Assembly: GCA_016207545.1 (NCBI GenBank)
Contig: JACQPO010000140.1
Coordinates: 1-46,097 of the forward strand
DNA from: Methanobacteriota archaeon
Lineage (GTDB): Archaea; Thermoplasmatota; Thermoplasmata; RBG-16-68-12; EA-27
Direction of reading: 5' to 3'
Length of the DNA stretch: 46,097 nucleotides
A model generated the notes under the pieces. That model did not search any database. It saw only the letters and a list, made by a program, of their open reading frames with translations, and was not told where the DNA came from. Position numbers and translations under genes: made by a program. How positions within the stretch are numbered: the stretch's first letter is position 1; every line of letters starts with the position of its first letter. Shown here piece by piece: positions 9,386 through 16,762 of this stretch.

Positions 9386-9628
9386 AATCGACTTGCCTGG
9401 CACAGTGAGGAGCCCATTCAGTAGTTTCAGAGCCAGCGAGAGAGACACTCGCAGAGGGACGACATAGATCTTCACTGCTCCCCGGGGCCCGGAGTGAGGG
9501 GCGATCGTCATCCAAGTGGGGCCCTAGCTCTGCGAATTGCGGGGATGTTACATGTACGCCCAAACCTAATGCCCTGCGGCGCGAACACCCCTCTCCACCT
9601 GCCATCAAGGCAGCGGAGAACCAAGAAC

Positions 9629-10003
9629 ATGGCTATGACGGAAACCCAGACGTTCGGCTTCGGCCAAAACGTCCTGCGGCTCCTCGAGAAGGAGAAGGAC
9701 GCCCTGAAGAAGGGCGGGATGGACGTAGACGCCGTGATCGCGGCGCAGCGTTCTCTCCTTGAGGCCGCCACGACCGCGAACGCCCAGCAGGCGGAGCTGC
9801 GGCGGCAGGCGAAAGCGGCGACCGCGCATTCGGACGCGATGACCCGCCGCCTGTACGTCGCCTCCTCCGGCTTCCTTGACATGGCGATCGCGGCCGTGCA
9901 GAAGGACAGCGACGCCGCGAAGGACTTCCGGCGCCTGCGAAGCCGGGTCGAACGGCCACCGAAGGGGGAGCTCCCCGCCGAGGAATCACCCGCAGAGGCG
10001 TAG
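9629..10003 (+). CDS. Hypothetical alpha-helical protein
   Basis: ATG 9629 (MAMTETQTFGFGQNVLRLLEKEKDALKK...). 124 aa, charged and helical composition, no family recognised. A stem-loop CCCAGCG-N9-CGCTGGG at 10023-10045 follows the stop codon. Confidence 0.45.
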   Translation: MAMTETQTFGFGQNVLRLLEKEKDALKKGGMDVDAVIAAQRSLLEAATTANAQQAELRRQAKAATAHSDAMTRRLYVASSGFLDMAIAAVQKDSDAAKDFRRLRSRVERPPKGELPAEESPAEA

Positions 10004-10130
10004 ATCGTCACCCACCCGCGTTCCCAGCGTTCCTGCGACGCTGGGCCTCCTTCCCTCCGGTCCGTGCGGGACCGCTTGAGGGCATGGGCTCTGAACCTGG
10101 TACCGCGGCTGTCCTTTGGAAACCGTACGC

Positions 10131-10500
10131 AGGCTTTCTTCGCATCCGAGCCAGCTTCCCTCGATTCCGAGGGAGTTTCCTGCAATTTTGGCGGGAGTTT
10201 TCGTCGAATTCGAAGGAGTTCCCCGCGGCCTCCGAAAGAGTGTTCGAACCCGAGAGAAGTACTCCCCACGTTCGCGGCAGACCCCCTCGACCTCGCGGGA
10301 ATTCCCCTCCCGATGGAAGGAACGTCCTACGGCTCCGAGGGAATCCCCCGCCGGTCTGCGGAATCTTTCCGCGCGTTCGAACCCATTTTCTACGATCGGA
10401 GGATTGTCCCCTGACTTGGAAGGAAATTCCTGCGCTCCCGCGGGACGTTCCTTCACGTCCGCGGCAAGGTTCTTCGGACGCGAGGAAACTTGCTTTTCGC
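10131..10500. repeat. Array A: about 17-18 degenerate tandem units of ~21 bp with short GGAA/TTCC-type dyads
   Basis: GGA-type cores start at 10172, 10194, 10215, 10237, 10256, 10276, 10298, 10319, 10340, 10360, 10378, 10401, 10422, 10443, 10463 and 10484 (spacing 18-23 bp). The loose consensus is GGAAtTCCCC-N5-7-TCCGAG. Perfect dyads include GGGAATTCCC at 10297-10306 and AGGAAATTCCT at 10421-10431. Confidence 0.7.
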
Positions 10501-10545
10501 GCCGCCAAAAGCTATTTCCCCGCCTCCGCCATCGCACGGCCCTCC

Positions 10546-11943
10546 ATGGTCTCCAAGTCCGACGACTTCAGCGAGTGGTACAACGAGGTCATCGACAAGG
10601 CGGGCTTGCGGGACAAGCGGTACCCCGTGAAGGGGATGGACGTGTGGACGCCCTACGGATGGTCGGCGATGACGCTCATCGACAACCTCATGCGCCGCGA
10701 GATGGCCCGCACGGGACATGGAGAGGTGAACTTCCCCCTCCTCATCCCGGAGACGGAGTTCCGCAAGGAGGCGGAGCACATCCGTGGGTTCGAGGACGAG
10801 GTGTACTGGGTCACCCACGCGGGGAAGAACCCGCTCGACATCCGCCTCTGCTTGCGCCCGACGAGCGAGACCGCGATGTATCCCGTCTTCGCGCTGTGGA
10901 TCCGCAGCCACGCGGACCTCCCGCTCAAGGTCTTCCAGATCGTGTCCACGTTCCGGTACGACACGAAACAGACGCGCACGTTCCTCCGCGTGCGGGAGAT
11001 CCACTTCTTCGAGTCCCACACCGCCCACGTGGACGCGGACGACGCGGAGCGGCAGATCCACGAGGACCTCGAGATCATGGAGCGGCTCGGCCGCGAGCTG
11101 TGCGTCCCGTACCTGCTCATGCGCCGCCCGGAGTGGGACAAGTTCCCCGGCGCGTTTTACTCCTTGGCGGCGGATGCGTACGCTCCGACGGGCCGGACGT
11201 TACAACTCGCGACGATGCACCACTACCGGGACAACTTCGCGAAGGCGTACGACATCACGTACGAGGCGCCGGACGGCTCCCGCCAATTTGCGCACCAGAC
11301 CACGTACGGGATGTCGGAACGGCTCCTCGGCGCGCTCGTCGCGGTCCACGGGGACGACAAAGGCATCGTGATCCCGCCTGCGGTCGCGCCGATCCAGATC
11401 GTCGTCGTCCCGATCCCGGAGAAGGGGCGCCAGGACGTCATCCTCGACGAGGCACGGAAGTTGGCGGCGGAGCTCGGGGAACACGTGCGGGTGAAGTACG
11501 ACGACCGCGACCTGCGTCCGGGCGCGAAGTTCTACGAGTGGGAGGCGAAGGGCGTGCCCCTCCGCGCGGAACTCGGCCCGCGCGACCTGGCGGACGGCGT
11601 CGTCACCCTCGCGCGGCGGGACGCGGACGGACGCTCGACGGTGCCCCGGTCGGGGGTCGTCGACGCGGTGCGTTCCCTGTTGAACGAAATCCAGAAGGAC
11701 CTGTACGCTCGGGCGGAGCGGGAGCTGCGCACGCACATCTTCGACATCGCGGCCCCGGAGGAGGCGCGGGAGGCGATCAACCGGTTCGGCTGGTGCGGGA
11801 GCGAGTCGTGCGGCTTGCAGGTCGAGGCGGACACAGGGATGTCCCTCCTCGGAACGCCGTTCCTGAAGGAACCGTACTCGGGGTCGTGCATCGTGTGCGG
11901 GAAACCGACGGACACCCCCGCGTACCTCGCGCGAACGTACTGA
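10546..11943 (+). CDS. proS: Prolyl-tRNA synthetase, archaeal/eukaryotic type
   Basis: The conserved N-terminus MVSKSDDFSEWYNEVIDKAGLRDKRYPVKGM begins at ATG 10546. The class II core and the C-terminal Zn-binding tail ...CIVCGKPTDTPAYLARTY are present. The ORF-track start at 10084 runs through repeat array A. Confidence 0.93.
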   Translation: MVSKSDDFSEWYNEVIDKAGLRDKRYPVKGMDVWTPYGWSAMTLIDNLMRREMARTGHGEVNFPLLIPETEFRKEAEHIRGFEDEVYWVTHAGKNPLDIRLCLRPTSETAMYPVFALWIRSHADLPLKVFQIVSTFRYDTKQTRTFLRVREIHFFESHTAHVDADDAERQIHEDLEIMERLGRELCVPYLLMRRPEWDKFPGAFYSLAADAYAPTGRTLQLATMHHYRDNFAKAYDITYEAPDGSRQFAHQTTYGMSERLLGALVAVHGDDKGIVIPPAVAPIQIVVVPIPEKGRQDVILDEARKLAAELGEHVRVKYDDRDLRPGAKFYEWEAKGVPLRAELGPRDLADGVVTLARRDADGRSTVPRSGVVDAVRSLLNEIQKDLYARAERELRTHIFDIAAPEEAREAINRFGWCGSESCGLQVEADTGMSLLGTPFLKEPYSGSCIVCGKPTDTPAYLARTY

Positions 11944-11946
11944 CGT

Positions 11947-12168
11947 CTACGTCGATTCTTTCGCGGGCTTCCGGTACAGGAGGTACCCGGTGACGCCGAA
12001 CCCGACCGTGATGATCGTGAGCGCGTAGACGCCCACGTTCTCCGGGTCGAACAAGTTCCACGTGTCGTACAGGATCCCCCTCGCGACGTAGAAGAAGATC
12101 CCGAGCAGGATTAGGAAGAAGTAGGAGGCCGCGGCGATTCGTCGCGGGAACGCAGGCTCTTGGACCAT
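11947..12168 (-). CDS. Small 2-TM membrane protein (last gene of the GTPase operon)
   Basis: 73 aa with two hydrophobic helices (AAASYFFLILLGIFFYVA and VYALTIITVGFGVTGYLLY). It lies 23 nt downstream of the preceding gene on the same strand. Confidence 0.5.
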   Translation of the reverse strand: MVQEPAFPRRIAAASYFFLILLGIFFYVARGILYDTWNLFDPENVGVYALTIITVGFGVTGYLLYRKPAKEST

Positions 12169-12191
12169 CCGCGGCGCGTAGCGGGAGGCGG

Positions 12192-13055
12192 CTATAAAGG
12201 TTTACTTCGGCGCGGCCGCGCGAGCCCTGTGCGCGCCTTCGCCGCCATCCACGACTTCGCCAGGCGCGGGAACTTCCCGGGGTTCTCCTCCGCGTAGAAG
12301 AGGAGGCCGAACACGAGGGACGCGCCCATCACGCCGCCGACCGCCACGAACGGCCATAACGGCATGCGGTCCTTCACGCTGAACCCCGTCTCCGTCGTGA
12401 GGCCGTCGGAGTGGTTGAGCCCGTAGAGGGAGCCGAGGTACGTGAGGTTCAGGATTCCTTCGTAGTAGACCCACGTCGGGCAGGGATCGCCGCATGGCTG
12501 TTGCGCGCGGACGAACTGCTCGTTCGTGAAGAATCCGTACGACATCATGACGGAACGGTTCGTCGTCGTCCCGTCCGTCAGGTCGAACTCGAGCCACGTG
12601 CGGACGAAGTAGGAGCCTTGGTCCGTGAGGCTCCCGTGGGGCGCCTCCGCGTCCGTCGCGATCGTCACGGTCACGTTCACCGTTTCCCGGGGGTCTAGGG
12701 GCGGGATGAGCGGCTCGTACGCGAGGCCGCGGTCGATCCCCGAACTGTCCACGAACGCGGGGCGCGTGTACGGCCACGTGCTTGCGTTCACCTCGCGCAC
12801 GACCCTGATTTGGCGGTACAGGTAGATCTCGAGGCGAAGGTCGATCGACTCCATCCGCCACGGGTATGGATTTGTGAACACGAACCGAAACTCCCCGCTC
12901 TCCCCCGGCGCGAGGTCCGGCGTCTCGAAGTTCGCGAGCAGGCTGGTCACGTACGCGGGGTTGCCCACGGAGAAATCGCCGACGGGATGGGCGCGCGCGG
13001 TCGCCGCCACTAGCAGGAGGGGGAGGAGCAGGGCGAGCCCGCGGTGCATCCGCAT
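12192..13055 (-). CDS. Secreted, C-terminally anchored protein with multiple N-glycosylation sequons (unknown function)
   Basis: The signal peptide is MRMHRGLALLLPLLLVAATARA. Sequons NAS, NVT, NRS, NLT and NHS are present. The C-terminal TM is LWPFVAVGGVMGASLVFGLLFY, followed by a basic tail. Confidence 0.65.
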   Translation of the reverse strand: MRMHRGLALLLPLLLVAATARAHPVGDFSVGNPAYVTSLLANFETPDLAPGESGEFRFVFTNPYPWRMESIDLRLEIYLYRQIRVVREVNASTWPYTRPAFVDSSGIDRGLAYEPLIPPLDPRETVNVTVTIATDAEAPHGSLTDQGSYFVRTWLEFDLTDGTTTNRSVMMSYGFFTNEQFVRAQQPCGDPCPTWVYYEGILNLTYLGSLYGLNHSDGLTTETGFSVKDRMPLWPFVAVGGVMGASLVFGLLFYAEENPGKFPRLAKSWMAAKARTGLARPRRSKPL

Positions 13056-13086
13056 CGGCGTAGTCTCCCCCCCGTAATAAGCTTGG

Positions 13087-13914
13087 CTACGTGGGTTCCT
13101 CGACGACGAATTCGTCCCGCTCCGGCTTCGTCGCGGACGCCTCGCCGAGCGGCGTGAGGATGATCCGGAAGTTGCCGGGACCGATCTCTTCCTTCACGAC
13201 GTAGCCGAGCTGGTGCAACGCGTCGACCTCCGCCATGATCGTCCCGTAGTCCGTGCCCTTGAACGCGAGGAGGAGCTCGTTCTTCGTGACCCCGACGGTT
13301 CCGCGCTTCAACGCAAAGACGAGCATCCGTTCCGCGAGCACGTTGAGATGACGCCGCGCACGGGACCGCTCGAGCACGCGATCGACGACCCGCTCGATGA
13401 GGGCGTCGAACGCGGCCCCGACGCCCATCCCCGTCTTCGCGCTCGCGAGCGCGTACGGCACCTCCGGGAACTTCGACAGGAGCCAGTGCGTCTCCCGCGG
13501 CCCGATTGCGCTGTTCGGGACGAGGTCGGCCTTGTTCAGGATGAGGGTGTACGGGACCTCCTCCGCCACGGAGTGGACGGCCTCGACCCACAACGGCAGC
13601 TGGTACAGCGTGTCCGAGCGGGTCAGGTCCGCGACCGCGAGGAAGCCGTGCGCGCCCCAGAAAATCGCGTCCCGAAACGCGTCCCGCGGTGCGTGCTCGC
13701 CCATGAGGTCGAACAGGGCGACCTGCGCCTCGACGATCTGGTCCGCGGTCACGTACTTCGAAAACGACAGCAGGTGGAGCTTGCTGCCGAGGGTCCCGCG
13801 GTACGTGTCGTCGAACGTGTTGAACAAATACCGGTGGATGAGGGACGTCTTGCCGACCGCACGTTCGCCCACGAGGACGATCTTGATTTTCATCTTGCGA
13901 ATTTGGCGGGGCAT
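13087..13914 (-). CDS. Ras/Rab-like small GTPase fused to a C-terminal winged-helix (wHTH)-like domain
   Basis: G1 is GERAVGKT, the switch I region is YRGTLG, G3 is DLMG, G4 is NKAD and G5 is SAK. The C-terminal ~90 aa (...LVFALKRGTVGVTKNELLLAFKGTDYGTIMAEVDALHQLGYVVKEE...RIILTPLG) look like a MarR/ArsR-type wHTH. An alternative start is M8 at 13893. Confidence 0.8.
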   Translation of the reverse strand: MPRQIRKMKIKIVLVGERAVGKTSLIHRYLFNTFDDTYRGTLGSKLHLLSFSKYVTADQIVEAQVALFDLMGEHAPRDAFRDAIFWGAHGFLAVADLTRSDTLYQLPLWVEAVHSVAEEVPYTLILNKADLVPNSAIGPRETHWLLSKFPEVPYALASAKTGMGVGAAFDALIERVVDRVLERSRARRHLNVLAERMLVFALKRGTVGVTKNELLLAFKGTDYGTIMAEVDALHQLGYVVKEEIGPGNFRIILTPLGEASATKPERDEFVVEEPT

Positions 13915-13952
13915 CGGGGGGGCCGGTAGGTCAGCGTGCCAGGGGGATTTTA

Positions 13953-14810
13953 ATGTATAGGGGTGGGTATCGCGGCGACGTGTCGAGGGCCCAGGCCCCG
14001 CCTGACCCTTATGAAGGGGTCGGGAGGAGGCTGCCGGCGGAGCTGAGGCCGTGGGTGCCCCGCCGGTACGAGCGTCTTGGGGGCGTCCTCCTCCTGAAGC
14101 TGCCCCGGGAGCTCGGGGAGCGCCGTCGCGAGGTCGCCGCGGCGTACGCGAGCGTCCTCCGGGCGAGGACGGTCGTCGCGGACCACGGAATCCGCGGACC
14201 GTGGCGGGAGCCGGACGTGGAGCTTCTGTACGGACACTCCACGGAGACGGTCCACACGGAGGACGGCGTCCGCTTCCGCCTCGACGTCGCGAAGGTCATG
14301 TTCTCGTCGGGGAACCTCGCGGAGCGGATGCGGATGGGTCGCGCCGTGCGGCCGGACGAGACCGTCGTCGACCTGTTCGCGGGCATCGGGTACTTCGCGC
14401 TCCCGATGGCGGTGCACGGGCGCCCGAAGCGGGTCGTCGCGATCGAGGTGAACCCGACCGCGTACGCGTATCTCGAGGCCAATGTTCGGCTCAACCGGGC
14501 ATGGTGCGTCGAGCCCCGATTCGGGGACTGCCGCGCGGTCGCGCCCGACGCGGTCGCGGACCGGATCGTGATGGGCTACTTGCACGCGGACGAGCACCTC
14601 GACGTCGCGATGCGCGCCGCGGGCGATGCGTGCGTGTTGCATTACCACGAAAACGTCCCCGCCGAGGAGGTGCCCGCCCGACCCTGGTCTCGCGTGGAGT
14701 CCGCGGCCCAACGTGCGGGCTTCCGGGCGGACCTGTTGGCGGTGCACCGGATCAAGTCGTACGCGCCCCGCATCCGGCACGTCGTGCTCGACGTGCGGTT
14801 GACCCGATGA
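13953..14810 (+). CDS. trm5: tRNA (guanine37-N1)-methyltransferase Trm5/Taw22-like (Met-10+ family)
   Basis: Conserved segments are ...LGGVLLLKLPREL..., FRLDVAKVMFSSGNLAERMRM, the SAM motif VVDLFAGIGYFALPMA, and VAIEVNPTAYAYL. The exact start is uncertain. Confidence 0.8.
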   Translation: MYRGGYRGDVSRAQAPPDPYEGVGRRLPAELRPWVPRRYERLGGVLLLKLPRELGERRREVAAAYASVLRARTVVADHGIRGPWREPDVELLYGHSTETVHTEDGVRFRLDVAKVMFSSGNLAERMRMGRAVRPDETVVDLFAGIGYFALPMAVHGRPKRVVAIEVNPTAYAYLEANVRLNRAWCVEPRFGDCRAVAPDAVADRIVMGYLHADEHLDVAMRAAGDACVLHYHENVPAEEVPARPWSRVESAAQRAGFRADLLAVHRIKSYAPRIRHVVLDVRLTR

Positions 14811-14840
14811 TTAAATAGCCGCGCGGGCCTTCGCGCCCGC

Positions 14841-15881
14841 GTGAGCCTCGAGGCGAAGGTCGATCTCGTCCGACGTGGCGCCGTCGAGCTCGTCGCGGAG
14901 GACGAACTGCGCGCACTCCTCCACCGCCAAGGTCGGCCGAAGGCGTACGTGGGCTTCGAGCCTTCCGGGATGATGCAGATCGGTCAAGGGTTCGTCATCG
15001 CCTCCAAGGTCCGAGACCTCCTCGAGGGCGGCTTCGACTTCACGTTCCTGCTCGCGGACTGGCACGCATTCATCAACGACAAGTTCGGCGGCGACCTGGA
15101 GAAAATCCGCGCATGCGGTCGATACTTCGAGGACTGCTTCCGCGCGCTCGGCGTCCCCGATTCTGTGCGGTACGTCACGGCGACGGACCTCGCCGCCGCG
15201 CCGGGTTACTGGATGAATGTCGTCCGCGTGAGCAAGGCCGCAAGCGTCGCCCGGATCAAACGCGCGCTCACGATCATGGGCCGGAAGGAAGAAGAGGCGG
15301 ACCTCGACGCTTCCAAGCTGATCTACCCCGCGATGCAAGTGACGGACATCCACACGTTGGACCTCGACCTCGCGCTCGGCGGCATCGACCAGCGCCATGC
15401 GCACATGCTGTACCGGGACCTCGCGCCGAGGCTCCAGTGGAAGCAAGTCGTCGCGCTCCACACGCCCCTCCTGACGTCCCTCGAGGGCGGCGGGCGGATG
15501 GACCCGGTCGAGAGCAAGATGAGCAAGTCGAAACCCGACACCGCGATCCTCCTTCCGGAGACGCGCGCGGAGGTGGAGCGCAAGATTGGGAAGGCGTTCT
15601 GCCCGCCACGCGAGGTCGAGGGCAACCCGATCCTCGAAATCGCGCGGTACATCCTGCTCCCGCGGTCCGAGGCCCTCCGGGTGGAGCGGGACGCGAAGTA
15701 CGGAGGCGACGCGGAGTTCCGGACGTTCGAAGACCTCGCGTCCGCCTACGCGTCCGGTGCCTTGCACCCGAAGGACTTGAAGGACGCGGTCGCGCGCGCG
15801 CTCAACGAAACCCTCCAACCGGTTCGAAAATACTTCGACGCCCATCCGGAGAATTACCGGACCGTGTTTGGCGGTGGATGA
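14841..15881 (+). CDS. tyrS: Tyrosyl-tRNA synthetase, archaeal type
   Basis: Colinear by eye with the M. jannaschii TyrRS as I remember it (AY(I/V)GFEPSG..., ADLHA/ADWHA, YPxMQVxDIH, GGxDQR, KMSKS at KMSKSKP, HPxDLKxAV). GTG start. The HIGH position reads QIGQ (see findings). Confidence 0.9.
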   Translation: MSLEAKVDLVRRGAVELVAEDELRALLHRQGRPKAYVGFEPSGMMQIGQGFVIASKVRDLLEGGFDFTFLLADWHAFINDKFGGDLEKIRACGRYFEDCFRALGVPDSVRYVTATDLAAAPGYWMNVVRVSKAASVARIKRALTIMGRKEEEADLDASKLIYPAMQVTDIHTLDLDLALGGIDQRHAHMLYRDLAPRLQWKQVVALHTPLLTSLEGGGRMDPVESKMSKSKPDTAILLPETRAEVERKIGKAFCPPREVEGNPILEIARYILLPRSEALRVERDAKYGGDAEFRTFEDLASAYASGALHPKDLKDAVARALNETLQPVRKYFDAHPENYRTVFGGG

Positions 15882-16309
15882 TGGCGAGGCGCCGTCTCAC
15901 GGACAACGAGAAGGCGACCATCCTGGCCGCCGTCTCCGGAATCCTCCTCCTCCTGTCCGGGGTCACGGGCGCCTCCCAGTGGCGGCGCACGTTCGCGTTC
16001 CTCGAGATCGTGCTCGGGCCGAGCGTCGTGCTGTTCGTCGTGCGCGTCATCTTCGTCGCCCTCGGCTCCGTCGGCGGCATCTTCGTCCTGCTCGGCGCGT
16101 ACGCGTTCCGCGAGAAGAGGATCCGCTTGGGGAAGGTGCTCATCCTGCTCGGGACCGGCTTCACCCTCGTGAGCCTCATCCTGTACGTAATCCTCCAGCT
16201 CCAGCACGGGGACCTTCCGTTCGTCGGGGCCGGCGCGTTGGGAGCCACCGGCGTCGTCCTGTCGATCGTCGCGCGCTACAAGGCGAAACCCCGACCCCTC
16301 CTACGATGA
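15878..16309 (+). CDS. Hypothetical 4-TM membrane protein
   Basis: ATG 15878 overlaps the tyrS stop (ATGA). The 143 aa product is strongly hydrophobic (ATILAAVSGILLLLSGV..., VVLFVVRVIFVALGSVGGIFVLLGAYAF...). Confidence 0.55.
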   Translation: MMARRRLTDNEKATILAAVSGILLLLSGVTGASQWRRTFAFLEIVLGPSVVLFVVRVIFVALGSVGGIFVLLGAYAFREKRIRLGKVLILLGTGFTLVSLILYVILQLQHGDLPFVGAGALGATGVVLSIVARYKAKPRPLLR

Positions 16310-16761
16310 CCCGCGTGTGGACGGTCGGCCACAGCACGCGATCTGCGTTGGACTTCCTGGCCCTCCTGCGGGAACACGAGATTGAGGTGCTCGCGGACAT
16401 CCGTCGGTTCCCCACCTCGCGGTGGGAGCAGTTCAAGCAGCCGAACCTGAAGGCCCACCTCGCGTCCGGTGGCATCGAGTACGTCCACCTCGCGCAGCTT
16501 GGCGGCTATCGGACCGGCGGATACGAGGCGTTTGTGGGCACGCGGGAGTTCGAGGCGGGCATCGAGCGCCTCCTCGCGTTGGCGGCGACTCGGCGCGTCG
16601 CAATCATGTGCGCGGAGGCCGTCTTCTTCCGATGCCATCGGCGATTCGTGGCCGAGGCCCTCGTCCGGCGTGGCGTGGAGGTCACCCACATCATGGGGCC
16701 GGGCAAGGTCTATCGCCACGTCGTGCGGGAGCGACTCGAAGATCGACCGGACGGGACTTGA
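16306..16761 (+). CDS. DUF488-family protein
   Basis: MTRVWTVGHSTRSALDFLALLREHEIEVLADIRRFPTSR...MCAEAVFFRCHRRFVAEAL matches the DUF488 pattern (GHS, DVR/DIR, C-x3-CHR). The ATG overlaps the upstream stop (ATGA). Confidence 0.8.
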   Translation: MTRVWTVGHSTRSALDFLALLREHEIEVLADIRRFPTSRWEQFKQPNLKAHLASGGIEYVHLAQLGGYRTGGYEAFVGTREFEAGIERLLALAATRRVAIMCAEAVFFRCHRRFVAEALVRRGVEVTHIMGPGKVYRHVVRERLEDRPDGT

Positions 16762-16762
16762 T

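Noticed and set aside
9518-9600. tRNA-like start GGGGCCCTAGCTC in the lower-GC spacer 9386-9628
   Set aside because: There is no matching 3' acceptor strand, no T-arm (GTTCGAATC-like) and no plausible D-arm closure. It is probably just promoter or leader sequence of the 9629 gene.
10131-10500. CRISPR array, or classical replication origin, as an explanation for the 21-bp arrays
   Set aside because: CRISPR is rejected because the units abut each other with no unique spacers and are far too degenerate. An origin is not excluded, but it is disfavoured. There is no AT-rich unwinding element and no adjacent orc1/cdc6. Similar arrays occur at two other sites in 46 kb.
10084-10545. 154-codon in-frame N-terminal extension of ProRS with apparent heptad repeats (FPRFRGS FLQFWRE FSSNSKE ...)
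   Set aside because: The conserved ProRS N-terminus starts at ATG 10546. The heptads are a by-product of a 21-bp DNA repeat whose unit lengths vary by non-multiples of 3 (18-23 bp). Three other frames are equally open. The composition is not protein-like.
13946-13959. AT-rich ATTTTAATGTATAG as the promoter for trm5
   Set aside because: It overlaps the trm5 ATG (13953) itself. It fits better as the TATA box of the divergent GTPase gene, about 33 nt upstream of ATG 13914. The trm5 start and promoter therefore remain unresolved.
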